From Camelus ferus (Eukaryota), in contig NC_045696.1 of NCBI RefSeq assembly GCF_009834535.1, forward strand, positions 42,782,001-42,846,000: a DNA stretch of 64,000 nt, written 5' to 3'. Position numbers and translations under genes: made by a program. Below the pieces are notes generated by a model. The model was not told where the DNA came from and searched no databases. It saw only the letters and a program-made list of their open reading frames with translations. This document shows, in pieces, positions 12,570 through 24,520 of this stretch (the stretch's first letter is position 1; each line of letters starts with the position of its first letter).

Positions 12570-12962
12570 TGTGGTTGGAGGACTGTGAATATAAGAACTG
12601 CTACTTTCCATGGCAGGAGGGGCTTTACAGACCTGATTAAGTAAAGGATTTTGAGGTGGGGAGATTACGTTGAATTGTCTGTTTGGGTACAATATAATCA
12701 CATGGTTCAGAGAGAGAGAGAAAGAGAGTGAGAGCGAGTGAGATGGATAGTTTGATGCTGGCTATGAAACTGGAGGAAGGGACTAGGAAAATTCTTCCTT
12801 AGAACCTCCAGAAGGAACATTGGTTTGCCAACACTTTGTTTTGGGGCCAGTAAAACTGATTTCAGACTTCTGACCTTCAGACGTGTAAAGTAATAAATTC
12901 ACGTCATTCTAAGCCATGAAGTTTGTGCTAATATGTTACAGTAGCAATAGGAGGCTCACGTA
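12570..12962 (+). mobile_element. MaLR solo LTR, MLT1D-like
   Basis: GATTAAGTAAAGGATTTTGAGGTGGGGAGATT, TAGAACCTCCAGAAGGAAC, TTTCAGACTTCTGACCTTCAGA..TGTAA..TAATAAAT...AAGCCATGAAGTTTGTG..ATGTTACAGTAGCAATAGG. Confidence 0.7.
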
Positions 12963-13639
12963 TTGTCTCTAAACTTGTTTATTCAGTTCAATTAAAAAAT
13001 GAGATAAATTGTGAGTTTTTATTCCTTAGAATTTTTAGAGCACATCAAATGAGATACATTATGTAAAAAATATGGGTGCCAGTTAACTGCATGCTGCTGA
13101 TGAAGATAGTGGTGATGAGGACGCCAACAACTCTGCTTCTTCATTTCTAGTTAGGCAAAGCCTCAGCCCCTGCTAAAAATGATGGTTATTCTGAACTCGT
13201 TTGCTTTTAGATCACATTTCTACTTCCAAATGTTCCCCTAGATAGTAAACTCTCTCCTTCTTGTGTGTTTCCAGGAAAAAAGAAAAAACAGCCATATTCT
13301 TGTTTCCATATTAAATTAATCCAACTAACAAGACTTTTTGACCATCTACCAACTACCCACAATTATCTATGCCAGGAATCACTTGGCTCAATCATATTTC
13401 CCTTGAATTTCTATAATTTATAGTTTTAGGATTGGATGAGGCTATTTTTTCCCTCCAAGTAGAGCTTCTTTAGAAAGTCTCACGGTTCCATGACACTCTA
13501 CTGCTTCTCTTTTTCAGCACCAAGCCTGTTCTGAAACGATGTAAATGATTGAAAAAAATTTTTCCTCTTAAAGGACTGATAATCTGTTGTTACAAATGTA
13601 ACAGGATCAGATGCCACTTAAAGGGAGAGCAATTAAAGA

Positions 13640-13830
13640 ATGGTAAGAACTCAGAGGAGAGGAGCTGTGTATTGATATGTTGGAAAAGACTCTAAGAAGG
13701 AAGTGAGACTGGAGCTGCGATTTGAAGGATGTGTATAATTTGTATAGGAAGAAGGGAAGAGGCAAGGTACTTTAAATTAGGGGGACAATGAAAAATCCAT
13801 AGAGTCCACTGAGAGAGAAGGGTGAGCAGG
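13640..13830 (-). mobile_element. L2 fragment
   Basis: GGAAGTGAGACTGGAGCTGCGATTTGAAGGATG purine-rich antisense L2 pattern. Confidence 0.4.
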
Positions 13831-14787
13831 GATTGCACTGGAGAGGATCAACCTATACAGAGATGGAATTAAGGTTGAATCATGATGTGCTCAGGCTTTA
13901 CAGGAACTGGAAGCACTGCTTATTCTGTTGTATTCCTGAACCTCCTTAGAAATCCATACTAACATATCTGTAAGTTTAAACAAAGATACATTTATTTTTC
14001 TTCTGTAACAGTCAGATAGAATAGCGTATATTCTTATCCATTCAAGCTGATCATCATCTTGAGATACCAGGGCTAATGGACATTCATCCTCTCTCCTCCC
14101 AAATAGCTTGGACCCTCTAATAGTGAATGCCACTAATGGTTATGAAGTTCCAATTTTCGATATTTTTAAAAGGAAAAAAAATATCCGATAGGCATATGGA
14201 GTAGAGCAGGACTATTCTAAGTATCGAGGGAACTGTCTGGAGATGGAACAAAGTAATCAGACGTTTATTACTGCGTCTGCCCAGGCACATTAGTATAAAA
14301 GGGTCAGCACATCAGTGAAGTAACAGTGCAGGAGCTTTAGCACCAGCATCCCCAGCAAAGTCTCTGCAGCCTTCTGGCTAGGAGCAAAAGAAGAGGAAGC
14401 AAATGTGATGATTCAAGAAAATAGCAGGGATGGTGAATCAGAGCAGTCAGGGGCTCCTTCAGAGATCATTTACGTTCATGTTCAAAAGACAGTGACTCCT
14501 TCCTTAAAAAAAAAAAAAAAAAGATTCAATCAATAAATAGCAGAAAGTAGTCCATTTCCTGAGCCCAGAGTAAGTAAGGAAAGACCTGGCATTTTTAGGC
14601 AAGGGGAGTCTCCGTATCCATTTCTTAGGTGAGTCAAAACTGGTGCATCCCTCGCTAAAGAAGTCCTGGGGCCCCTGGTCTGCAGCGGCTGTTGCGTGGT
14701 GCCTCTCCCACACTGCCCTTGCTAAGGCTTTCATGAGCGTCCAGCTCCGTGCCTCAGTGTGAAATGAATCCGCACGACACCCTAAAG

Positions 14788-15233
14788 GTTTTTATTGCAT
14801 TTTAACATTCAAATGATAACATTCAAAAAAAGTACATAAAACAAACAACTTGTTAGGGAAGAATCATAAGATAAACACAAATATAGTCACTATCCCAGTC
14901 ATGACCATATTGTCATGCATACTGCAGGTGCACCCAGCTGTCCCCCGGGTCCCTTCACATCCATTCTTTTCTCTCTCGCAAAGGTAACCACTGTCCTGAG
15001 TTTCTTGGCAATCACGTAGCATTCTTCTTTATACAACTGGCACTTATGTATATATTCCATAAGCACCGCAATTTAGTTTTACTTGTTTTCTTACTAGCGT
15101 ATTAACAGAACTGAATGATAAGCATTCTTTTGTGTTCTGGCTTTTCCTTTTTCCTTTTATTGTTACATTTGTGAGATTAATCCAGGGAGATTCTTGTGGT
15201 TCTTGCAGTTGTTTTTGAAGTCACGCTGGTGGA
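14788..15233 (-). mobile_element. Ancient L1 (L1ME-like) 3' fragment, interrupted by Tigger
   Basis: AAGGTAACCACTGTCCTGAGTTTC, ATTCTTTTGTGTTCTGGCTT and TTTGTGAGATTAATCC motifs of the antisense L1ME 3'UTR. Confidence 0.55.
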
Positions 15234-15235
15234 TA

Positions 15236-15553
15236 CAGGCATATCTCAGAGGTATTATGGGTTTGGTTCCAGAAGACCTCAATAAAGTGAATATTGCAGT
15301 AAAGTGAGTCACACAGATGTTCTGGTTTTCCAGGTGCATATAAACATTATATTTACACGACATTGTAGTCTAGTAAGTGTGCAATAGCATTATATCTAAA
15401 AAACAATGTACATACCTCAATTAAAATATAATGCTATTGGGAAAATGACCAATATCTTATTCGATTCAAGATTGCTACAAACCTTCCATTTGTAAAAAAT
15501 GCAATACCTGCAAAACACAATAAAGCAAATTACAATAAAATGAACTATGCCTG
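15236..15553 (-). mobile_element. Non-autonomous Tigger1 deletion derivative (Tc1/mariner), Tigger1a_Art-like
   Basis: TA|CAGGCATATCTCAGAGGTATTATGGGTTTGGTTCCAGA at the left end and CAATAAAATGAACTATGCCTG at the right end: both Tigger1 termini joined in 318 bp. Confidence 0.85.
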
Positions 15554-15670
15554 AATTATATTATGTACATGTATTATAGATGGCTGTGTAAATTAGTGCA
15601 TGTACATTTCAGATAACATTTCTTTATAGAATCTCAGTTAAGATGAACCCTCATCAGCCCCTAAGGGAGG

Positions 15671-16262
15671 TGTGTTAGTTTTGATTGCTGTCTAATAAAT
15701 TCAGCATCTTCAGACACCACCTATGTAGTACCACACAGTCCTGGAGGTCAGACGTGTGGGTAGGCTGGACTGGTTTCTCTGCTCTCAGGATCACAAGGCC
15801 AAAATCGAGGTATTATTTATTCTGGTCTCCGATCTGAAGGTCTGCGGAAGAACGCACTTCCAACTCATTCAAGTTGTTGTGTCATCATTCCGTTTCCTGT
15901 GGCTGTAGAAATGAACTCCCATCTCTTTGCTGGCTGTTGGCTGGAGGTCATTCTCAGCTAATAGAAGTTGCTGTAAGGTTCTTTTATGTGTCCCCCTAGT
16001 CTTCAAAGCCAACCACAGAGCATCAAATCTCAGGCTTCCAGTCTCTCTCATTTTCCCTTCTGACAGGAGCTGGAGAAAAGTTGCTTTGAAGTGATTAGAC
16101 ACACGTAATTAGATTACCCCACCAGGTAAAATCTCTTTTGTCATATAATGTAATACAATCATGGGAGGGATATATAGTCATATTTACAGATTTCACCCAC
16201 ACTCAAAGGGGTCTTCACAATGTGAGGGTCATTGCGGGGATTTGAGAATTCTGCCTCACACA
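15671..16262 (-). mobile_element. MaLR solo LTR, MLT1E-like
   Basis: TGTGTTAGTT...CACAGTCCTGGAGGTCAGA...GAATTCTGCCTCACACA; TG..CA ends; 5-bp TSD GGAGG/GGAGT. Confidence 0.75.
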
Positions 16263-16704
16263 GGAGTGAAGAAAATAATTTTATTGGTTTAAAATCTAGT
16301 GTTTCTGAACACTGCATTCAGTAATTTCCACTGTTTTTGTAGCTTTGGTACTTAAGACGACCAGGGGTACTCAGACGTCATGTAAAATTGATACCTACCT
16401 TCAACAAAGAAGGCTGTATTCGTCATGCTGTTTTTCTCTCCTCCTTAACTTAAGAATATTACTTATTGAGTAGATGCTATTCATAAAGTACAGTGATGGA
16501 TACAGAGATAATGTGAACATTGCATAGTAACCTGTGGAACAGCAGATAAATTGTAATAACACTATATTGAATTCAAGAGAGGGCAAGAGTTCATTCTGCT
16601 CAGGACATGAGGGACACCTTCACATTTCAACCAAATTTAACATCCATCCTTTGTCTTTGGTCTGTCTCCCTTACTTCTGTTCTTACACTTTTTTTTCATA
16701 CATT

Positions 16705-16952
16705 TAGCAAACATTTATACAGCACTTACTGTCAAGTACTGTTCATGGCCCTGTATATATATATATGAACTTACTTAACCTCACAGCACCTCTGTGAAGG
16801 AGCTGTACTCTTAGTATCTAATTTCATAGGTGAAAATGCCCGGGTACAAAAGTTAGGTGACTTGTGCAAGTTTGCACAACAGGTAAGCAGCAGGGTTTGA
16901 ACCCAGTCATGCTGGCTCAGAGTCCTTGTTTTTAAACCATTATGCTGTCCTG
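16705..16952 (-). mobile_element. MIR SINE
   Basis: AACATTTATACAGCACTTACT...TTAACCTCACAGCACCTCTGTGAAG...GTTAGGTGACTTGTGCAAG...GGTTTGAACCCAG. Confidence 0.75.
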
Positions 16953-17024
16953 CTCCAAAGTGTAGAAAGAATGCAGATTTAACCATGTTATTTCCAGGTT
17001 CATATCGTTGTGAACCATGTAGGG

Positions 17025-17227
17025 CAGTGGTTTTCATCAGACTCTGCTATTATCCTCCTTCAGCTAGACGTTTGGCAAGATCTGGAGATCCTTTTGGTTG
17101 TCACAGTGACACTAGCGTTTAGTGGGTAGAGGCCAGGGGTGCTGCTAGACATTCTAATTCTTTTCCTCCCACAACAAAGAATTATCTGGTCCAAAATGTG
17201 GGTAGTGCGAGGTTGGTAGTGCCCCGT
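17025..17227 (+). mobile_element. MER20 hAT-Charlie MITE
   Basis: CAGTGGTTTTCA...TTTGGCAAGATCTGGAGA..TTTTGGTTGTCACA...TAGTGGGTAGAGGCCAGGGGTGCTGCTAGACATTCTA...CCCACAACAAAGAATTATCTGGTCCAAAATGT. Confidence 0.8.
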
Positions 17228-17339
17228 GACCCCTAGGATTAAATCAAAGATCGCAAACATGGCAAGCAGGGTGTTTATCTAGCTGGCCTTTCCCTTTCCC
17301 TTCCAGTATTTTGTGTGCACAAAGTGCACGCACAGTGCT

Positions 17340-17725
17340 GTGTCTTGACACTGTGGCTGTGTCTATTCGCTCCTCTCTGCCGGGAATGCCTTCTCTACCC
17401 ATCCTCTCACCCTCAACACTCTCCATGCATTTACTCGTCCTTTGAGTCTTAGCTCAGGCTGTGGTCACTCTTGAGGCCTTTTCCCCATAGTCCCAACAGG
17501 GTGAGGTGCCCATCACCATCAGCCCGCGTGATCTTCAGCTCCCTTGAACTATTGCATGTAAGACACTAAACAATTTTGAGCTCTTCCTTTGCTTCTCCCC
17601 CATGAGTCTGGGAATCCAGTGGGAGCAGGGACTGTCTGGCTCACAACTGTGTCAAAAGCACCTAGTAGAGTGTGATTTCTGACACACATAAATCCAATAC
17701 ATCTCAGCTGAATTAGTAAATAGAA
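17340..17725 (+). mobile_element. L2 3' region
   Basis: TCTGCCGGGAATGCCTTC, GTCTTAGCTCAGG, GAGCAGGGACTGTCT...GCACCTAGTAGAGTG. Confidence 0.55.
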
Positions 17726-17729
17726 GTGT

Positions 17730-18107
17730 TGTCTTCCTCTGCCAGGGCTGCCGTGACAAAGCCCTGCAGGCTGAGTGGCTGAGACAACAGAACTCCGTTT
17801 CTCACAGTTCTGGAGGTGGGGAAGGAGTCCGAGACCGAGGTGGCAGCAGGTCTGCTCTCCCTGAGGCATCTCTCTTTGGCTTGTGGGCGGCATCCTCCCT
17901 CTCTGTCTTCATGTGGCCTTTTCTCTGGATGTGACTCTCCTGTTGTCTTCCTTATAAAGAGATAGATGCTATTACATTAGGGACCCACTCTTACAATTTC
18001 ATTTAGCCTTTATTGCCTCCTTAAAAGCCCTATCTCCCAGTTCAGCCACACTAGCGGCTAGGGCTTCAACATATGAATTTTCGAGGAACATAATTCAGTA
18101 CGTAACA
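17730..18107 (-). mobile_element. MaLR solo LTR, MLT1A/B-like
   Basis: AGGGCTGCCGTGACAAA...TTTCTCACAGTTCTGGAGG...AGGGCTTCAACATATGAATTTT..GGAACATAATTCAG..CGTAACA. Confidence 0.75.
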
Positions 18108-18884
18108 AGTACCAAGTGAAAAAAATACAGAAACAGTAATTATATCTCAGTTTAGATAGGAAGATGCTTCTCAAATCCAGTCATTTGATATAAGCTGTTA
18201 TTAAAATATTAATATTTTGATTAATTCTGTTCACTTTAAAAAATAAGGATATTTATATTATAACTCTAAATAAAAAGCAAGCTTATATCCTTAAACAAAT
18301 GGTATCCATACAAACGCATGCAATGAAAACAAAAGAGTCATACATACTTGTATCCGGAGAGTGCTGCCCATGGAAAGATTGGCACTTGCATTTATGCTCT
18401 CCTTGTTATTGAAAAGATGGTCAGGTGTTTGAGATGTGTGAAGAGTCACTTGCACCAAAGCAATATAGCCAGAAGGAAGGAGAGAAACTGAAGAGGAATG
18501 GCATTCTTACTATGTGAATCAACATTGTTTCTTGCACATCGTCACCAAACTAGATGCATCGGAAACTTGGGCACAGGCTAGAATAGAATCTAGGCTGTGT
18601 GATGAGGAGTGGGTGGGGCGAGGGGGGAGGCTGCTCATGCCGAGCAGGCTGGGTGGCAGGAGACTGTGCTCTGGTTGATAGCTGGGGTTCTGTGTGTTTG
18701 CTTCTTGTCTGCATCATTTGATACTGTACAGCGAAGTTAAGTTGGATTCCAAGTATCCAAAAATTGTTACCAAAAGTCCCCTTTTGGTACTAAGAGAATC
18801 TGTAAACCTTTTAAAGTTTATAATGCTAATTTGATTCCCATTCCATAAAACCATGTTTTGTTTTTGGTGGGTTCATATGTCAAG

Positions 18885-19090
18885 CAGTGCTTTAGAGTGA
18901 TTCTGTTGTGGTCTATGACAAGGAGTCTCAAAATCACCTGGAGAGCTTGTTCAGACAGAGTTTGCTGAGCCCACTATTCCCATGGTTTCTGATGAGTAGA
19001 CATTGGTGGGGACTGAGAATTGATATTTCTCACAAGTTCTCAGATAATGCTGATGCTGTTTTTCCGGATACCCTACTTTGAGAAGCATTA
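18885..19090. mobile_element. MER5A hAT-Charlie MITE
   Basis: AAATCACCTGGAGAGCTTGTT...TTTCTGATGAGTAG...GAGAATTGATATTTCTCACAAGTTCTCAGATAATGCTGATGCTG...ACTTTGAGAAGCATT. Confidence 0.7.
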
Positions 19091-19414
19091 TTCGATGGTC
19101 CGTATAAAATTCTGCCTTGCCTCCTTGGAAGAGCCATGGATGAAAAGCAACCATATATTGCTCTTCCAAATGGAGAAATTAAAGGCATATGTAGATGCAG
19201 TATTTTTTCCCAGAGCATGTTGGAAGCATTCTTGGTATTTTGAGTGCAGTTCCTATTTGGACCTTCATCCAATCACTGAAGACTGATTTACTAAGCTTCT
19301 TCGTTTGCTGGGTTCTCTGCTGGGTAGTTGGTGTGCAGCAGTGTGCACAGGTGGGGTCGCAGGCTTTATACAGACTAGTGTTTACAGCAAGCCAAGTGGC
19401 TATTTTAGTCAATG

Positions 19415-19560
19415 TGTGAGCTCACAGAACTGGGAATGAAGTTCTGTCTCAGTTTGCCAAACTCTAGCTTTGTGAACAAAATCATGTAACTTGCCTGGAT
19501 TCTCAGTTTCTCCTCTCAAAAATGAGATTAGCATCACATTCAGTGACTCAAATATTTCTG
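19415..19560 (+). mobile_element. MIR fragment
   Basis: CTAGCTTTGTGA..AAATCATGTAACT..TCTCAGTTTCTCCTC..AAAATGAGAT. Confidence 0.45.
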
Positions 19561-20029
19561 GAAAGGTCTGACATTAAAAATATTTCTGGAACTTATGATA
19601 TATGATACCCTCACTTTTTTCTCTCCCCCTCTAGGTGCCATAATGGTCTGAATTGAAACAGTTACTATTAGTAAAACACAGTAATAATCTGTATGGCATT
19701 TAAGATTAGTTGGTTAGAATCTTATTTAATCAGAATGACCTCCTATGCTCATGACCTGATCTATTGAAAGCTATTGGAAATACGTGTCAAACATCATAGA
19801 AATCAGAAAATTACATTGAAACTGCCTGAACTGTCCTGCAGCATGTCCACCATGAAGTCTTTTCTGTCTCTTTTATGAGGACCAACTCTACCTGTTAGCA
19901 GCTTTGCCACATCTGAGCACACATGTGCTCTCCACTCAAAGGCAGCGCAGCTATCCAAGAGACATTAGACAGTTACAAAGCAAAAACAAAACTTTGGCTC
20001 TCAGATAAATCTTACAGATGTCTTTGGAT

Positions 20030-20228
20030 ATACAGATTTGGGTTTGAATCTCGCCTAAGCTACTTATGACTTTGGTGATATCAGACAAGTTACTTGGACT
20101 CCTTGCATCAAAGTTTTGTCATCTATAAATGGAACTAGTGTAACTCACAGGATGTTGTGACAATTGGACATAATAATGCATGTAAAACATCTAGCAATGT
20201 ATATGGCATACGGTAGATGTTGAATGTT
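20030..20228 (+). mobile_element. MIR SINE
   Basis: TGGGTTTGAATCTC...GACAAGTTACTT...TCATCTATAAATGG...CTCACAGGATGTTGTGA..ATAATGCATGTAAAACATCTAGCA. Confidence 0.7.
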
Positions 20229-20396
20229 ATATAAAAAATAACTTGTAATCAGAAACCTGTTTCAACCAGATTACGGGCCATCACTTTTGGACCCAGAAAG
20301 GAAAATCGTATAGGGACATGAATTGCTGACCACTGCTTATTCTCTGCTGCTGCATGGCTAACCTGAGGCAGAAGGCAGCAGGAAGCGTTAGGGAAA

Positions 20397-20833
20397 TATC
20401 TTAGTTTGGGTTCTCTTGAAAGCAGAGCCTGAGAAAAGACCATGGCTTCACCAGGAAGCAGAAATTAGGGAGTGGGGAGAATTAGACAGAGAGGGATGAA
20501 AGATCAATATTCAGCTGTGTTTTTTGTCACTGTCTATTTCCCCAGAATCCACTAAGAAGTATGGAGAACTCCTCTCCCAAGAGACCAGCTGAGAGAACAG
20601 CTGCCCGGAACACGAGGTGAGATTTGTCCTGGGGGCTTTTACCCCCACTTCTGGGCTGAATTTACACATGATTTGAGGGTATTCCCATTACCTTGGGGAA
20701 GCAGCCTATTAGAAGTTGGAAAGGTCCTTTAAGCCTCCTTGACAGATGGAGCACTTCCACCAGCAAGCCATAGGGGAGTCTGGGCTGCAGCTGAAGTCAG
20801 AGGTTGGCTGAGGGGGAGTCTGAAGCGTCTACA
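20397..20833 (-). mobile_element. ERVL LTR (LTR33-like)
   Basis: TCTTAGTTTGGGTTC..GAAAGCAGAGCCTGAGA...CCAGGAAGCA..TAGGGAGTGGGGAGA. Confidence 0.5.
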
Positions 20834-22604
20834 AGTGAGGGTAAAGTCCTTTTGCTCAGAATTCTCTAAGGCAGTGCTTTTTAGAATAAGACTAGAATAG
20901 GTCTACCCCCTTCTCTTTTCAAAATTCCCTATAGTCATTAATCTTCATGTTCAACTTAATGAGTATTACCTTATCTTAAGCATAAACTAAAAATGAATAC
21001 TTGACTTCATACATTGTCAAGTACAACATATATTCCCAGGCCTAATGACCCCACTAATAGACACTGACTAGACAAGTACTTCAGATAAGGTGGTCCTTAC
21101 GCTACCTACAGCAGAATTACCAGTAAGGCCCACTACATTAAAATCTCTCAGGATGAAGTGTCTTTTCTTTAAAAAGCTCTGTACTGGAAAGTCAGGGAAT
21201 TATTATGCTATATTCTTTTGAGCTTTAAATTTTCTTATTTTGTGTACATTGATCGTGTTCACATTTTCTTTTGAATCCCCTACATGGCAGTAAAATAGAA
21301 TTTTAGATAGTTTTTCTCCCCTATCTTTTGGAGAGAGTATGGGGTAAATCATTCACGGAACTATGTGTTTTGGATTGTATTGTGTGCAGTGTGTGGATGA
21401 GAAGTTCCTTCACCGGCCACTTCTAAGTGCTTAAACGTATACACACCCGACGTAGCCCTGCATACCTTAGAATCATCCCATCTCTGAGGTACAACAGGGA
21501 GTGTAAGGTTGACTCTCGCATTGAAGGAAACAGAGGCTCGTAACACTTGAATGTCTTATTTCAGTCCAGGTACCAAAGCATAGTTCCAGCTGAGATTAGA
21601 GCTTTGCTAAAGTGCCTTGGTATTGCTGGGATACAGGCTGTCTGGAAAACTGGCACGGTAAATGGCTCGTAGGTTTGTTGTTTTGTCTTTAAAAGGAGAT
21701 ACCAACCATACACATTTTTCAGAACTCTCTTTTCTCAGACAGACTATAGTTTTCCTTTCAGACATTTTATAAAAGTACTTAATCTTATTGAGCATATCTG
21801 GACACAATGAACTGATTTAAGAATAAAGAGACTACTTGAGCTCAGGGTTTACTTTCTTGTCAGCTGGTGTCACTGGCTAGTTTCATGGCAGGGTTTCTAA
21901 ACATATATTTTCTGTGACTGGGAACATGCCATTCAATGTAGAGTGGACAAATGTGTGGATTGTGGCTTCCAAATTCTCCTTTATTCAATGCCCTCCTGAA
22001 TACCCTTCTACTATTCCAGGTTCTCAGGACTCAAACACGTTTGCTAATAAGATCAGAGTGAGAACTTTATTAAATACTGGTTCATGGAAGACTTTATGGT
22101 TTTACTGTGTAGTTTGACTGTACTATCCTAGTCTGCATTGTATAGCTCCCTAAATTTCATGCTTTTGATATGTTCTTTCTCCAAAAGGGCATTGCTATAA
22201 TGGCAATGTAATGACAACAGGAGAACTTAATGCTTTTAGAACATTATATTTAATAACCATTACCTGTAATATATCAGACAGTGAATATTTGGAATTTATT
22301 AAGTCATAAATGGGTCATCAAATATTTGGGTGGTGGAACTGATTGGTAAGTGAGATGGAAGCTACTGGAGCTGAAATTTTGGGAGGCTGGTTAATTTGCA
22401 ATCTCAGTAACATTTCTGTGGAGTTGCTTGAGTATTAAACATACAAAAAGCATAATTAGGCTTTAATAGCTCATTTATCAGGGAGATTCACACTCAGTGT
22501 TCACAGTGGTACAGAACCCAAACTGGAACCTAACACCAAAGCAAAAAAGTATTTTTGGGGGGTGTGGGTGGGAGAGTGGATGTAAATGAGAGCACACCAT
22601 TACT

Positions 22605-22740
22605 TTTTGAGTTCACAGACCTGATGGCTATAGTTTTTTTGCATGTTTACCCACTGTCAGACTATGAGCTACTTTTTCTGCCTTAGTCTCCTTATCTCTG
22701 AAACAAAGATAATAATAGTCACCTCTTAATGGGGTTGTAC
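22605..22740 (+). mobile_element. MIR fragment
   Basis: TCTGCCTTAGTCTCCTTATCTCTGAAACAAAGATAATAATAGTCACCTC MIR core. Confidence 0.45.
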
Positions 22741-22959
22741 ACACATGCACACACACATTACATATACACATTTTACCTGACATCACACTGTTACAAAGTC
22801 TGCATAAACCATTTAGAGGTAATTTGATATACTTTTACAAACAATGCTAACAATGTTGACTATTTTATTGGTCCACAGAAAATTTGATTAAAAGTCATAT
22901 TGTTATATACAGGTATACTGAACATAACAATAATAATATCAATAATTTAAAATATAGCT

Positions 22960-23090
22960 TATAGTTGATACATACATAGTGCTTACTAGGGGCCAAGCCC
23001 TATAGATATTTTATATATAATTTGTTTACTCTTCAGAAACCCATTATAAGGTAGCTACTGTAACACTGTTTACATATGAGGAAACTGAAA
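22960..23090 (-). mobile_element. MIR fragment
   Basis: AGTGCTTACTA..GCCAAGC...AACCCATTATAAGGTAG..TTTACATATGAGGAAACTGA. Confidence 0.55.
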
Positions 23091-23944
23091 AAGAAAAAAA
23101 AAGATTGCTCTCAGTGTGACAGTGAGAATAGAGGTAGAAACATTACGGTTATCTGGTGTATTCGTTAAAAAAGCAGAAGTCTATAGTTATTTATTGCAGG
23201 TCAGGGCATCCCTCAGTAACCTCTTCAGACAAAGTAGTGTGTAGGCAGGTCAGATATCAGTAAAATCACTCCTGAAAACACACTAAACAAAAGTTTGTTG
23301 GGAATTTTAAGACAAAGTAGCATCTGATAGATCTCAAAACTAGTTTCACCAAAAAGAATTTTTAAACCTTTGAAAACCAAAAAATTTAAGTTCCTTTTCA
23401 TTGGTCAGGATGTTAAAGAACACATCTCTTTAATTATGCCCAGAGTACAAAATAATATTCATCATAGCTTTTGTAGGTTAAAAAAAGTGAAAAGAACGAA
23501 CAGCAACCACACACACACATCCACACGTACGATTTATTGAGATTTAAGGATGTAATTTGGAACTTTCTGTTTCAAAACAGTTTTTAAAGTCAAGTAAAAT
23601 TTCTCCTTTGTTTTCCACCTACTCTATCACATTAGAGCCCTGTCACTCTGCATCAGGCATGCTTATAGCCATCCATACCTTTTGCTGCTAATAATGCCTT
23701 GAGATGATAACTCATCCATTTATCTAGATTAATATTCACTTTCCTTCAAGTTGATAAATTGAAATTAGGTACTTTGGAATTCATCTGCTCTATTGATGCT
23801 GAACATACGAGGAGATTCAAGGATGTGCCAAGGATGATTTTTAAAGCGAGGATTATTTCTGCTTCTGAAACAAGACTTAGGTACTAAGTCCTCTTAGAAT
23901 TTTTTGTTGTTGTTGTAATCTGACCCTGCTAAAATGTGGAAAGT

Positions 23945-24520
23945 TTTGATTATATTGAAATCAAAGGGTTTTGTTTAACAAAGGTAACCATAAGAAGTAT
24001 ATGGAAGGGTGATAGGAAGACTATATTTCAATATCAAAATAAAGCATGGGATGTATAGATAGCGAGACTATTTAAGGAACTCTTTTAGCAGTAGGTTACT
24101 CAAGAGAAGAGAGAGCTTAGAAAATGAAAAGGAATTCAGAGAGGTGGAAATCAGAAAAACCAGTGAGCATTTGAAGAGCTGTCTTGCTATCCATTGGGGA
24201 AGTACCAGTTAAAGCACACCTTGAATTCTCCAGACTGGCAAAAATTAGAAAGTCACATGATATCTAAGCCTAGTGAGGATAGGGCAAAATGGAATCCCAA
24301 GGGCACGTCCGTTGGAGGTACCCATGTTACAGGGCAATGTGGCAGTATCTAGTGTGATCAGGTTGCCTGTGATCTAGTTCTAACTTCTGGGTATAGTCCT
24401 TCCAGACTGTGTAAGAGCAGTGAGATGTTCACACCCACACTTGGGTGACAGCAAGAACTGGAAGGCACGCAATGACTATCACTGCTCGAAACAATAGGAA
24501 AAATAGAGTGATATTAGGGG
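23945..24520 (+). mobile_element. Ancient L1 ORF2 3' fragment
   Basis: CAGACTGGCAAAAATTAGAAAGTC..TGATATCTAAG..GTGAGGAT and GGGCAATGTGGCAGTATCTAGT motifs. Confidence 0.5.
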